A DNA stretch of 64,000 bases from an uncultured Phycisphaerales bacterium (lineage in GTDB: Bacteria > Planctomycetota > Phycisphaerae > Tepidisphaerales > Tepidisphaeraceae). This document shows, in pieces, positions 22,910 through 32,898 of the stretch; the first letter of the stretch is position 1; each line of letters begins with the position of its first letter. The stretch is from the NCBI GenBank assembly GCA_963758525.1, contig CAVWVQ010000003.1:1184001-1248000 (forward strand), read 5' to 3'. The position numbers and the translations under genes are program-made. The notes below the pieces were generated by a model, which saw only the letters and a list, made by a program, of their open reading frames with translations, was not told the origin of the DNA and did no database searches.

Positions 22910-24145
22910 TCAATGCAGTGCGAGGAACGTGGTATAGGCGGCGACATCCTGAACCGGGCCCGAATATGTTGTCGTGGCCGCGTTGGAATCGGAATAGCCG
23001 GCGCCGATGACCATGACGGTTGAATTCGCGCCGGGGGCGTACGTGGCGTTGGCCATGTCGTTCCCAGGCGCCAGGTTCCAGATGTTGCCGCTCGAATTGG
23101 TTCCGAGGCGGTAAATCCAGCCGTTGGTGTTGCCGGCATTTGAGTCGTTGGCGATGACGACAAAAGCGCCGTCGGCGAGGCATCCGAGATTGCTCTGGCC
23201 GGCCACGTCGGCGAACGTGAATTGCTGCTGCGTCGACGTGTTCGTGACAGTTGTCACAGTCAGCGGGCGGGCTTCCAGCGAGGGAATGCCGTTCGTCCGG
23301 GCCGCCAGATCGTTGGAATCGTAGAAGCTGCGGTTCCGCGCCTGCACGCCGATCAGAATCACCTGCACGTACGGCTGCCCATTGACCTGGCGGTACAACG
23401 GGATCCACGCATAGCGCGGATCGCTGGGCAAAATCAGGTTCCCGCTGATGAGCGGCCAGAGCGTGGTATTGGTCATCACCGGCTCGCCCGCCACCGCGGT
23501 TGGCCCGATCGGATGAACGTACCCGTCAGGCATCGTCGCGCTGGCGACCGCGCCGGCGGGTGTGTACCAGTAGCTCTGCGTGTTGTATTTCGCCAGGTAC
23601 GAAACCCCGCCCTTGGCGATCGTCGCGGCTGTCGTCTCTTCACTGGTGGCCTGCGTCTGCTTCAGTGCCACTGGAAAAATCGCCGCGATCAGGATGAAAC
23701 CGATGCCGAGAATCAGCACCGCGAAGAGAATTTCGGTAAAGGTGAATCCGCGGCGAGTGCGCGATCTGAGCGGCAAAGACGAAGAGCCGCGAAGGCGCCC
23801 GCCACGGCCGGCAAGCTGCGGCGCGAAGGCAGACGCGAAGCGGGGGGAAGGAACATTTCCGCGCAGTTGAGAAATCTCCGGAGCGACATGACTGGTTCGC
23901 TTCTCTCGTTTTTTCGTCACACGGTGCACTTTGAGAATGCACGACGGGGTCAAACCGTTCACGAAAAGTGCGCGGCGACTCTCCCAATTAGTGCTTCTTC
24001 TTCGCGTCTGCCTTCGCGCCGCAGCTTGCCGGCCGTGGCGGGCGCCTTCGCGGCTCTTCGCATTTTGCAGTTCGGCCGAACGGTGCGCCGCCGCCGGCGT
24101 TTCACGACGGGTGCTGGTGCGAAGTTGATGATTGCTGCCGGGCAT
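22910..24145 (-). CDS. Prepilin-type protein (PilV/PulI-like) with a long repeat-containing leader
   Basis: RRG/FTFTEILFAVLI. In-frame ATG 24145 lies 7 nt after the upstream stop, and the frame is open through the MITE. Confidence 0.8.
   Translation of the reverse strand: MPGSNHQLRTSTRRETPAAAHRSAELQNAKSREGARHGRQAAARRQTRRRSTNWESRRALFVNGLTPSCILKVHRVTKKREKRTSHVAPEISQLRGNVPSPRFASAFAPQLAGRGGRLRGSSSLPLRSRTRRGFTFTEILFAVLILGIGFILIAAIFPVALKQTQATSEETTAATIAKGGVSYLAKYNTQSYWYTPAGAVASATMPDGYVHPIGPTAVAGEPVMTNTTLWPLISGNLILPSDPRYAWIPLYRQVNGQPYVQVILIGVQARNRSFYDSNDLAARTNGIPSLEARPLTVTTVTNTSTQQQFTFADVAGQSNLGCLADGAFVVIANDSNAGNTNGWIYRLGTNSSGNIWNLAPGNDMANATYAPGANSTVMVIGAGYSDSNAATTTYSGPVQDVAAYTTFLALH
23780..24060. 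mobile_element. MITE-like element with perfect 61-bp terminal inverted repeats
   Basis: 23780-23840 is the exact reverse complement of 24000-24060; 159-bp spacer. Confidence 0.8.
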
Positions 24146-24152
24146 TCTGGTG

Positions 24153-25361
24153 TTACTCCGCGCGAATGAGCGTGCCGTTGTAGCGGTTGATGAGGATTGG
24201 AGCGCTGTTGGTGTCGAGCCAGACTTCCTCGTCGGCCTCGGTGGGAGGCGACGCCGCGGGCGTGCTCGCCACGCCGTAGCCGTTCGGTACACCAGTCGGA
24301 TCGAGCAGGTCATCTCCGATCGTTCCGCCGAAGTTGTTGAACGCTTCACGGTCAAAAAGCACGAACCCGAATTGGGAGGAAAGAGCCGCGGGCGGCGTGT
24401 AATCGACCTGCGGCGTCGGCATGACGGCGTTGGACGGAATCCCGAAAATATATTGGGCAAGGTTCGACGGGCTTGTCGAGTTGGACTGATGCAGCTTCAG
24501 GCCGTAGGTCTTGCTGGTGAGCCGGCCGTTCCCGTCGAAGAGAATCGCGCCGCCAATGCGCACCGCGGCATTGCCGCCGGCGCTGGTGATGGTGTCCGCG
24601 GCGCCGGGAGACGGGAGCGGGTTGAAGCCGATGTAGCGGTCCGGCAGGATTTGGGCGGTGTTCCAGTAGGTCGCATTGGGAGGTTCATTGGCGGTGCTGG
24701 ATACATTGGTAAGCTTGCAACTATAGAAGCTTCCGCCCACCTGCACGAGCGCGTTCTGTGCATAGGTCTGTCCCGCGGCCCAGGCGGGCGGCACCACGCC
24801 TCCATTGTTGATGACCTGCAGCCCGATCCCCGATGGCAGTTGCAGAAATTCACGGTCGGGAACGATGTCGAGATAGTACGTGGCCGGAGTCGCGGTCAGC
24901 GGGGACTCGTCGCTCGAGTCGAGCGGCACGGATTGAACGATCGACGCATTGATGCGATCGGTTGCCGGATCAAGCCAGAAGAGCACGCCGTGCACTTCCT
25001 GCAGGCCGACCGCCTCCTCGCGCGCCCGCGTGATCAGCGCCGACAGCGTGTTGTACCCCGCGTCGATGCTCCGCGAGCCAGTGAGGCCGCGGATCGCCGG
25101 GATCGCCATCGCGACCAGGAGGATGATGATTCCGATGACGACCACCATTTCCGTCAGCGTGAAGGCGCGGGAAGGCACGAAGGCACGGACGCACGGAGGC
25201 ACGGAGGGTGACGAAGGGTCTGGGGAAGGCACGGAGGCACGGAGGCACGGAGGCACGGAGGGTGAGGAAGGGTGAGGACGCGAAGAGAAGCGAAGCGACA
25301 AAAATCCCCTTCCTTCCCTTCGTGCCTTGGTGCCTTCGTGCGTTTGTGCCTGCGTTTCCAT
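24153..25361 (-). CDS. Prepilin-type protein (FimT/PulH-like) with CBM5/12-like module
   Basis: SRA/FTLTEMVVVIG; AWAAGQTYAQNALVQVGGSFYSC...YW. Confidence 0.85.
   Translation of the reverse strand: METQAQTHEGTKARREGRGFLSLRFSSRPHPSSPSVPPCLRASVPSPDPSSPSVPPCVRAFVPSRAFTLTEMVVVIGIIILLVAMAIPAIRGLTGSRSIDAGYNTLSALITRAREEAVGLQEVHGVLFWLDPATDRINASIVQSVPLDSSDESPLTATPATYYLDIVPDREFLQLPSGIGLQVINNGGVVPPAWAAGQTYAQNALVQVGGSFYSCKLTNVSSTANEPPNATYWNTAQILPDRYIGFNPLPSPGAADTITSAGGNAAVRIGGAILFDGNGRLTSKTYGLKLHQSNSTSPSNLAQYIFGIPSNAVMPTPQVDYTPPAALSSQFGFVLFDREAFNNFGGTIGDDLLDPTGVPNGYGVASTPAASPPTEADEEVWLDTNSAPILINRYNGTLIRAE
25171..25345. repeat. Family B element inside a prepilin leader
   Basis: GGCACGGA/GGCACGAA arrays encoding SVPPCLRASVP. 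Confidence 0.85.
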
Positions 25362-25363
25362 TG

Positions 25364-26044
25364 TTAATCTTTGGAATAGATGTTGTCGTCGCCCTTGGCC
25401 TGGGTGGCGCCGGTGCGCGCCCCGAAATCACCGTCAGGGCCTGCTGAGGCGAAGAAGGGGCGGTTGGCCTTCCCGGCCACGGTGATCTGCGTCGGGGTAT
25501 TTCCGTTTCCAGTTGTAACGTAGACGATCATTCCACCCCGCGGCACATAGATGATCGGATTGCCCCACCCGTCAAGAAGAACTGGAATCGTGTACGGGTT
25601 GCCGTTTGAGTCTTTCAGAATCTTGCTGGTTGGAAAAGCGGCGATCGCTTTCGCGTTGTTGGGAACGCGCATCAGCGACGCCATCGCGCCCTGGGTCTGT
25701 TGCACGATAAAGCCGGAGCGGTCTGCCTGCCCCGACGTGACATCACCGATTTCCCAAGCCTGTCCGGCCGGCCCAGTGATCCCAATACCAATGACCGGCT
25801 GAGGGAAACTCTTCATGAGGACCGGGTCGTAGTATGAATACGTCGGCAGCGCATTGCTCCCCGCCGTCGCCTCCAATTCCGCGAGCATCGAGTTGAGGTT
25901 ATCGAGCGTGACTTTCGTCTGATTCGCCGCGGCCGACCGCTCGACCACCTGGAAGCCGATCACAGCCAGCGAGATCAGGATCAGGATGACCCCGATCACA
26001 ACCAGCACTTCCAGCAGGGTAAAGGCGCTTCGCCGACGTTGCAC
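25364..26044 (-). CDS. Prepilin-type protein (PulG-like)
   Basis: RRSA/FTLLEVLVVIG; LDGWGNPIIY; FFASAGPDG. GAGGAG RBS before GTG. Confidence 0.85.
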   Translation of the reverse strand: MQRRRSAFTLLEVLVVIGVILILISLAVIGFQVVERSAAANQTKVTLDNLNSMLAELEATAGSNALPTYSYYDPVLMKSFPQPVIGIGITGPAGQAWEIGDVTSGQADRSGFIVQQTQGAMASLMRVPNNAKAIAAFPTSKILKDSNGNPYTIPVLLDGWGNPIIYVPRGGMIVYVTTGNGNTPTQITVAGKANRPFFASAGPDGDFGARTGATQAKGDDNIYSKD

Positions 26045-26094
26045 GATGATCAACTCCTCGAGGGTATTGTTCGGGATGTCCAGCCGCCGAGAGA

Positions 26095-26240
26095 AGGTGA
26101 TTGGTGATTGGAACGTGACGGAAACGCAGAAAATTGCACGGCAGGAGGCGATTTGTCACGTTCCACGTTCCAATCACCTCTTCGGGGCTTTGTCACGTTC
26201 CACGTTCCAATCACCTCTTCGGGGCACGTTTCAATCACCT
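26095..26240. repeat. Family G repeats (TCACGTTCCAATCACC), inverted plus tandem
   Basis: GGTGATTGGAACGTGA followed by three TCACGTTCC(AATCACC)-type units. The same motif occurs at 59735, 59945 and 60160. Confidence 0.8.
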
Positions 26241-27203
26241 TTTTCCGACGCCCTCCCGCGGCTCGGGTCCCTTCTCATAACTGTACAAATTGTCATCCTG
26301 CGTCAGATAACGCCGGTCGGGGCCGGCGGAAAAGAAGAATGAGCGGTCCTGGGGGGCGATTCCGATCTCACGATGCATCGACGGCATGAACACAATCGGC
26401 GAGCCCCAGGCGTCGCTGAGCGTCGCCTCGTTGTAGATCGAATCAGGCAGGCCGCCGAACAGGTCGGAGCCGCTGCCGGCTTCAAGGCGCAATGCCGCGA
26501 CGAAGTCGCGATTGTTCTCGAACGCCCGCTGCTGCAGCGTTGCCTCATTGAGATGATCGGGGGCATTGGCAAACGGCGCGATCGCGGGCGTCCGGCCGTC
26601 GTGATGCAGCCGGTATTGGGCCAGCAGCACGTCGCACTGATAGAGCAACTGCTTGGTGAGCTTGACGGACGAGTCGTTGCGCACGTATCGCGCCAGATCG
26701 ACCATCAGCCCCAGCACAATCACCAGGCCGGCCACAGTCGTGAGCATTTCCAGGAGGGTGAAGCCGCGGCGGCTGGGCTTGACGTCCCCTGCTGCGCCCT
26801 CTCCCGGTACTCCGGGAGAGGGTTGGGGTGAGGGTGATTTCGAGGTCGAAAGTCTCTCGCACTCGCGAAGGATTTCTTCCAGCACCGGGTCCAGGTGCAG
26901 TCGTACATCCGTGTTGGTGAAACGGATGACGTGCGATCCGCCACGCACCAGGCGCTGTGTGCTGCGAGCGTCGTACTCAGCCTGCTCGGCATGAGAGTCT
27001 CCATCCAGCTCAACGATGAGCCCGGCTTGCGCAGTAAAAATCGGCGATGTAGGGCCGTTGCGGCGACTGACGCTTGAACTTGAATCCATCAAGCTGCCGG
27101 TCGCGCAGACGTTTCCACAAAATCGATTCGGCCGGCGCGGCGCGTGCCGCATCTGGCGGACCCGCTCGAGAAGATCGGCATGTGTGAGGGAATTCTTCGG
27201 CAC
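26235..27203 (-). CDS. DUF559 endonuclease-like domain fused in frame to a PulG-like prepilin
   Basis: LIVELDGDSH...YDAR...VIRFTN (DUF559), with AESILWKRLRDRQLDGFKFKRQ...YIADFYC in a shifted frame. Continues SRRG/FTLLEML...DAWGSPI...SAGPD. Confidence 0.8.
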   Translation of the reverse strand: MPKNSLTHADLLERVRQMRHAPRRPNRFCGNVCATGSLMDSSSSVSRRNGPTSPIFTAQAGLIVELDGDSHAEQAEYDARSTQRLVRGGSHVIRFTNTDVRLHLDPVLEEILRECERLSTSKSPSPQPSPGVPGEGAAGDVKPSRRGFTLLEMLTTVAGLVIVLGLMVDLARYVRNDSSVKLTKQLLYQCDVLLAQYRLHHDGRTPAIAPFANAPDHLNEATLQQRAFENNRDFVAALRLEAGSGSDLFGGLPDSIYNEATLSDAWGSPIVFMPSMHREIGIAPQDRSFFFSAGPDRRYLTQDDNLYSYEKGPEPREGVGKR

Positions 27204-27269
27204 GGGGGCGGTTTTGTACGCTCGAAAGGCACCCTCACCCTAACCCTCTCCCCGAGTACCGGGAGAGGG
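26797..27269. mobile_element. DUF559 gene bounded by 40-bp inverted family A repeats
   Basis: 26797-26836 versus the reverse complement of 27230-27269: 38/40 identical. Confidence 0.75.
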
Positions 27270-27293
27270 GACCAGAGGGAAGCTCGAGGCGCG

Positions 27294-28151
27294 TCACTGA
27301 TTGAAATTGGTTACGTCGTCGGTCTTCCCGTTGGAATCGTAGCCCCAGAGTTCATCCGAGCCGGCGCTCCAGAGGAGGTAGGGCGCTGTCGTCGCGGGAG
27401 TTTCACCAAGCGTCGGATCAATTGCGCCATCGGGCACACCAGGCGACGCGGTGCTGGTGGTGTCGCCGAGGATTCGCTGCATGTCGACAAGCAGAAATGG
27501 ATTGTTTGTCTTGATGCTGTTCTGAGAATAATCGTACATCGGAACCACCGTGGCAGGCGTTGGTGCCAGGGGTGTTTGCCCTACGAAAGCGCCCGCAGCA
27601 TTAATACTGGCAACCGGGTTCGCCCGGAAGTAAAGGTACGGTGTGCCGCGGACATCGTTGATCGTCGAGTCCAAATTGCTGGTCCCGGTGATGCCGAATT
27701 TATCCGGCGGAATGTACGGACCGTAGGTTTGTCCCTGTGTTCCGCGGATGCGGAAGCCGGGACCGTCGGCGCCGTCTCCGCTGATGGTCAGCGGCGCGGC
27801 CGACGGAGGAGCTGGAGTCGATATTGCCGGGCCCGGAGCAACCAGCGCCCAGCAGAGCGCGACGGCTCCCAGTCGATCTTTCTCAGTTCCGAGTATCGTG
27901 ACCGGATTGTTCACGGACATATCCACCGGCGGATAGTCCTTGAAATCCTTCCGATACTCTTCGAGCCCCTGCGCAATGACCTGCAGATCGAGTGCGATTC
28001 GCGTGCGCGTTGCGCTGCGGCGAGCCCGCAGCAGCACCGGCAGCGTGATGCCGATGACGATGATAATAATAGTGACCGACACCAGCAGCTCGATCAGCGT
28101 AAAGCCGTTGCGCTGGCGCAATCGGAAGTTAATTGCTGGAGATGATGTCAT
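27294..28151 (-). CDS. Prepilin-type protein (PulG-like)
   Basis: RNG/FTLIELLVSV; YLLWSAGSDELWG. Confidence 0.88.
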   Translation of the reverse strand: MTSSPAINFRLRQRNGFTLIELLVSVTIIIIVIGITLPVLLRARRSATRTRIALDLQVIAQGLEEYRKDFKDYPPVDMSVNNPVTILGTEKDRLGAVALCWALVAPGPAISTPAPPSAAPLTISGDGADGPGFRIRGTQGQTYGPYIPPDKFGITGTSNLDSTINDVRGTPYLYFRANPVASINAAGAFVGQTPLAPTPATVVPMYDYSQNSIKTNNPFLLVDMQRILGDTTSTASPGVPDGAIDPTLGETPATTAPYLLWSAGSDELWGYDSNGKTDDVTNFNQ

Positions 28152-29265
28152 CTTTGGTTCCGAAGATTCGATCAGCTCCAGCGGAGATCAGCAGGAACGT
28201 GTCTTTGCCCTTGGGGGTGGGCTCGCCCGTTGCCGGAAGGGTGAAGGCCGGGTTGGCAATGTAAACGTCCGCATAATCGTACGTATACGTAGTGCCCGTC
28301 GGCGGATTCGGACTTGGGAGCGGAAAATCCGTCTGGCTCACGCCGGTCGTGACGGTGGGCGACGGTACCGCGACGGGGCTAAAAGAGTAGGGGAACAAAT
28401 GCTGGAAATTGTATTGAAAGCTGGCCGCCGTGCCCGTTCCTTCGTACAGCATTTGGGTGGCGCCGACGCGGGCTCGCAGGTAGAGGATCGGGCCGAAATT
28501 GTAGTTTCCATTGCCGCTGATGGGGCTGCCGGGCGGGCCGGTGATGTTTCCGGGAATGTGATCGAGATATTCCGGGATGTACGAGTCGCCCGTCCCAAAT
28601 TCCTGGTATCCGTGCGTCGGATCGCCCGGTGGCAATTCCTCCGGCTTGGGGGTGAAGTATGCGGTTGTCTGCTTCTGCATATTTAGCAGTACATTGAGCA
28701 CCTGCGGCCCCTTGCCGATGGACGTGAAATCATAAAGCCAATTTTGCACCGCTGGAGGCGTCGCCGTCGTATAGGAGAGATAGACTCCGCCGCTTAAACC
28801 AAGAACGAGATTCTCACTTGAGGTGATATCTGTTACCGCTGGAGTACCGGTGATGTTCTCCAGCAGTGCGAACGTGGGGGGGATTTGCGTTGGCGGAACC
28901 GGCGCACTCCCCGCGACTGCGGCCGCGGCGGCCGCGTCAATGTCGTTTTGCGCAATCGGCCCCGGATACGCACGAAAATCCTGATAATACGCCTGGCACG
29001 CGGCGCCGATCGTCGCCATCTCCTGCTTGGTGCTGGTGACGAACGCGGCCTTGCGGACGCTGGCGACGACCGGGAGCAGAATCCCGATGAGGATCACGAT
29101 GATGCCGATGGTGACCAGCAATTCGATGAGGGTAAAACCGGGGCGGGAAAGGCACGAAGGCACGGAGGCACGAAGACACGAAGGGAAGGAAGGGGATTGG
29201 GATGGGAAAGGCGCGGAGGCACGCGGAGAAGAACGGTGAAGCGACGGACGATCGCGCAACGTCAT
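28129..29265 (-). CDS. Prepilin-type protein (PulG-like) with family B repeats in its leader
   Basis: RPG/FTLIELLVTIG; FLLISAGADRIFGT. Confidence 0.88.
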   Translation of the reverse strand: MTLRDRPSLHRSSPRASAPFPSQSPSFPSCLRASVPSCLSRPGFTLIELLVTIGIIVILIGILLPVVASVRKAAFVTSTKQEMATIGAACQAYYQDFRAYPGPIAQNDIDAAAAAAVAGSAPVPPTQIPPTFALLENITGTPAVTDITSSENLVLGLSGGVYLSYTTATPPAVQNWLYDFTSIGKGPQVLNVLLNMQKQTTAYFTPKPEELPPGDPTHGYQEFGTGDSYIPEYLDHIPGNITGPPGSPISGNGNYNFGPILYLRARVGATQMLYEGTGTAASFQYNFQHLFPYSFSPVAVPSPTVTTGVSQTDFPLPSPNPPTGTTYTYDYADVYIANPAFTLPATGEPTPKGKDTFLLISAGADRIFGTKDDIISSN

Positions 29266-29275
29266 TGGGGGCCGC

Positions 29276-30556
29276 TCATTTCTTGGTTGCCTGGGAGCTG
29301 ATGCCGTTGATCAGCGTGATCATGGGCATGAACAGGGCGATGACGATGAAGCCGACGATGACGCCCAGGACGACGACCATGACCGGTTCAAGAATGCTGA
29401 TGAGGGAGCCGACGAGCACGTCGACGTCGTTGTCGTAGTTGTCGGCGACTTTGAGGAGCATCTTGTCGAGATCGCCGGTCTCTTCGCCGACGTCGATCAT
29501 ATTGACCACGATGGCGTCGCACACCTTGGTGGCGCGGAGCGGGTCGGCCATCGATTCACCTTCGCGGATGGCGTCGTGCACCTTGAGCAGGGCGCGGGCG
29601 TAGACCTCGTTGCCGCTGGTTTCCTTGGTGATCATGATCGCGTCGAGAATCGGGACGCCGGCGCTGATGAGCGTTCCCAGCGTTCGCGTGAAACGGCCGA
29701 TCGTCGACTTGGAGATGATCATCCCGAGGATGGGGATTTTGGTGGCGACCAGATCGACGGCGTATCTGCCGCCGTCGCTCATCCGCAGCAGCTTGAGCAC
29801 GCCGGAAGCGACAAACGGAAACGCGATCAGGTAGGCCCACCCGTATTGGTTGGCGAAGAAGTGGCTCAGCAGCAGCAGAAACTGGGTGGGGGCGGGCAAT
29901 TCGAGCTTGAAGTCCTTGAAGATTCCCTCGAACTTGGGAATGACGAAGATCATGATGACGGTCACCACGCCCACGGCGATGCTGATGACCACCGCCGGAT
30001 AGATCATCGCGCCGATGACCTTTTTCTTGAGCTTGGCGGCTTTTTCCATGAAGTCGGCGAGGCGCGAGAGGATGAGATCGAGCACGCCGCCGATTTCCCC
30101 GGCGTTGATCATGTTGACATAGAGCTTGTCAAACGCCTTGGGGTACTTGGACATGGCGTCGGAGAGGGTGCCGCCCCCTTCGACCTCGTCGGAGACGCCG
30201 CCGATGATCGCCTTGAGCAGGCCGGGCTTTTGTTGGGATTCGAGAATCTGCAGCGAGCGAAGAATCGGCAGGCCCGCGTCCTGCAGCGTGGAAAGCTGGC
30301 GGGTGAAGCCGACGAGCTGCTTCTGCGGCACGCCGCCGAAGGAGATCGGCATCTTGCGGGTTTTGACCGGTTCGGCCTCGGCAACCGCGCCCTTCTTGCC
30401 GGCCTTTTTCTTCCCGGCGGCTTTTTCCCGGACCTTGGTCGGGAAGAAGCCCTTGCTGCGAATGCGCTGAATCGCCTCCTCCGACGAGGCGGCTTCGATT
30501 TCGTCCTTCACTTCCTGTCCGGAAGTGTTCATCGCTTCAAATGAAAACGTCGGCAT
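29276..30556 (-). CDS. pilC: Type IV pilus/T2SS inner-membrane platform protein (PilC/GspF)
   Basis: FTRQLSTLQDAGLPI, AGEIGGVLD, GEETGDLD, LEPVM. Confidence 0.93.
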   Translation of the reverse strand: MPTFSFEAMNTSGQEVKDEIEAASSEEAIQRIRSKGFFPTKVREKAAGKKKAGKKGAVAEAEPVKTRKMPISFGGVPQKQLVGFTRQLSTLQDAGLPILRSLQILESQQKPGLLKAIIGGVSDEVEGGGTLSDAMSKYPKAFDKLYVNMINAGEIGGVLDLILSRLADFMEKAAKLKKKVIGAMIYPAVVISIAVGVVTVIMIFVIPKFEGIFKDFKLELPAPTQFLLLLSHFFANQYGWAYLIAFPFVASGVLKLLRMSDGGRYAVDLVATKIPILGMIISKSTIGRFTRTLGTLISAGVPILDAIMITKETSGNEVYARALLKVHDAIREGESMADPLRATKVCDAIVVNMIDVGEETGDLDKMLLKVADNYDNDVDVLVGSLISILEPVMVVVLGVIVGFIVIALFMPMITLINGISSQATKK

Positions 30557-30640
30557 GGCGAGGTCTCCGCGTACAGCCCCACAACATTATTCGTCGTGTC
30601 CAGCAGCCGGGGGAAGCGGACATTACGCTGCCGGCGGCAA

Positions 30641-30935
30641 AACCAGAATGACGAAACCAGCATCCCGAATCAAACAATCAAACCAGAATGACGAAACCAG
30701 AAAGCAGAATCAAACCAGAATGACGAATGACCGAATGAAGAGTGAACGCACAATTGGCGGCCTCGCCCCCCGGTTGTGGAGCCCCGATCGCCGCCTGGGT
30801 CGGCTGCACTGTAGATTGCGGTCTCTTCATTCGGTCATTCGTCATTCTGGTTTCTGGTTTCGTCATTCGGACTTCCGCCCGAAGCGGCGGCGTCACTCTG
30901 ATTTCGAACTTCGTCATTCGGACTTCCGCCCGAAA
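30641..30935. repeat. Family C element (GAATGACGAA/TTCGTCATTC inverted arms)
   Basis: Same arms at 43981, 49110 and 55617. Confidence 0.8.
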
Positions 30936-30942
30936 TGGCGGC

Positions 30943-32898
30943 TCATCCTTCTTCCATAATCGTTTCCCGAACCACTTCCTCGATGCTGGTGACTCCGTCG
31001 TAGATCGCCATCAGGCCGCTTTCGCGCAAGGTCCGCATGCCACGCTTCTTGGATTCCAGCCGCAAGACCTGCGTGCTGGCGTGGCGGACGACCATGTCGC
31101 GCATGTCGTCGTCGAGAATCATGATCTCGTACAGACCCATTCGGCCCTTGTAGCCGGTGTTGTTGCACAGTTCGCAGCCGCGTCCGTAATAGAGCTTGCG
31201 ACCGGCGACGATTTCGGGGGTCAGTTCCAGTTCCATCAATTGCTCGGGCGTGGGGGTGTACTCGGTTTTGCAACCAGCGCACAACCGCCGGACCAGCCGC
31301 TGCGCGACGACGCCTTCCAGGGTGGCGGTCACGAGGAACGGCTCGAGACCCAGATCGAGCAGGCGGGCGATGGTCGAGGGGGCGTCGTTGGTGTGCAGCG
31401 TGCTGAAAACCAGGTGGCCGGTGAGCGACGCCTGCACGGCAATGGTGGCGGTTTCCTTGTCGCGGATTTCGCCGATCAGCACCGTGTCGGGGTCCTGACG
31501 CAGCATCGCCCGAAGGATGCGGGCAAACGTCATCTCAATATCGGGCTTGATCTGGCACTGAATGATGCCGTCGATGTCATACTCGACGGGATCCTCGGCG
31601 GTGATCAGCTTCGAGGAGATCTCGTTCAGCTCGTTCAGGGCGGAATAGAGCGTTGTCGTCTTGCCCGAACCCGTCGGCCCGGTGACCAGCACGATTCCAT
31701 TTGGCTTGTGAATGAGCTCGCGAACCATCGACAGCTCTTCATCGCGCATCCCGAGCTTGTCGAGACTGAGGCTCACGTTGCTGCGGTCCAGCACGCGCAT
31801 GACGACGGACTCGCCGAACATGGTCGGCAGCACGCTGACGCGCAAGTCGATCTGCTGGTTGTTCACCATCAGCTCAATGCGCCCGTCCTGCGGGACGCGC
31901 CGCTCGGCAATGTCGAGATTGGCCATGACCTTGATGCGCGAGCTGATGGCCGGGGCGATGTGCGCCGGCGGCGGCATCATTTCGTACAGAACGCCGTCGA
32001 TGCGATAGCGCATCTTGTATTCGACCTCGAACGGCTCGAAGTGAATGTCGGAGGCCTTGTCCTTGATGGCCTGCAACAGCACCAGATTGATGAGCTTGCG
32101 CACCGGATTGGAGTCGGCGGCGGCCTTGATGCTCTCCAGATCCATCGACTCGCCGCGACCCTTGAGGTCTTTGAGCGTGTCGTCGGTCTGAAGCTCTCCG
32201 AGGATTTCCGAGATGTTCTCCGCGGCGGCCTGGTAGTGCTTGGCGATGAGCCGATCAATTTCGGTGGCGTCGGCGAGCACCACCTCGACCTCATAGCCCA
32301 TCAGCGCCCGCAGATCGTCCAGGGCGCGGAAGTTTTCATGGCTGGCCATCGCGACGGTCAGCTTCTTGGCCTCCTTGTTGTAGGAGATCGGCAGCACCTT
32401 ATTGGTCGTGGCGATCTGTGGCGGCACCGCCGCGATCGCGTCCGCCTCGATCGTGCGCGATTCGAGGCTGACCAGTTCGTAGCCGCGCTGCGCGGCCAGG
32501 CCGATGTTCAGATCCGTTTCCCTGACATAGCCCAGATCGATGAGAATCCGGCCGAGGACGCCTCCCTTGCTCTTTTGGAATTCCAGCGCCTCGGTGACCT
32601 GCTCGCGGTTGATCTTTCCCATCTTCGTCAGCACACGGCCAATGGGACGCCCCTTGAGCTCGCTGATGGCCGGCATCTGACCCGGGGGGCGGCTGGCCCC
32701 GCCGACGGATGGCTTCGACAGGGGAATCGGCGGCTTGCCGGCGCTGCTGGGACCGGGAATGCCCGGCGTTGGCGGGCGCAGCCCCGGCGTCGCAGGCTTC
32801 TGGCCGGGAATGACAGGCCTTGCGGAGGGAAGGCGAGGCTTGCCGTCATCGGGTGTTCCCGAAGGCGGCGGAGCGGAAGGCGGGATCATTCGAGACAT
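30943..32898 (-). CDS. pilB: PilB/GspE assembly ATPase with MshEN-like N-terminus
   Basis: [28 protein letters not shown], zinc-binding CxxC pairs, Pro-rich N-terminal tail. Confidence 0.93.
   Translation of the reverse strand: MSRMIPPSAPPPSGTPDDGKPRLPSARPVIPGQKPATPGLRPPTPGIPGPSSAGKPPIPLSKPSVGGASRPPGQMPAISELKGRPIGRVLTKMGKINREQVTEALEFQKSKGGVLGRILIDLGYVRETDLNIGLAAQRGYELVSLESRTIEADAIAAVPPQIATTNKVLPISYNKEAKKLTVAMASHENFRALDDLRALMGYEVEVVLADATEIDRLIAKHYQAAAENISEILGELQTDDTLKDLKGRGESMDLESIKAAADSNPVRKLINLVLLQAIKDKASDIHFEPFEVEYKMRYRIDGVLYEMMPPPAHIAPAISSRIKVMANLDIAERRVPQDGRIELMVNNQQIDLRVSVLPTMFGESVVMRVLDRSNVSLSLDKLGMRDEELSMVRELIHKPNGIVLVTGPTGSGKTTTLYSALNELNEISSKLITAEDPVEYDIDGIIQCQIKPDIEMTFARILRAMLRQDPDTVLIGEIRDKETATIAVQASLTGHLVFSTLHTNDAPSTIARLLDLGLEPFLVTATLEGVVAQRLVRRLCAGCKTEYTPTPEQLMELELTPEIVAGRKLYYGRGCELCNNTGYKGRMGLYEIMILDDDMRDMVVRHASTQVLRLESKKRGMRTLRESGLMAIYDGVTSIEEVVRETIMEEG

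Noticed and set aside
26095..26240. Possible mini-CRISPR
   Set aside because: Short tandem and inverted units without unique spacers.
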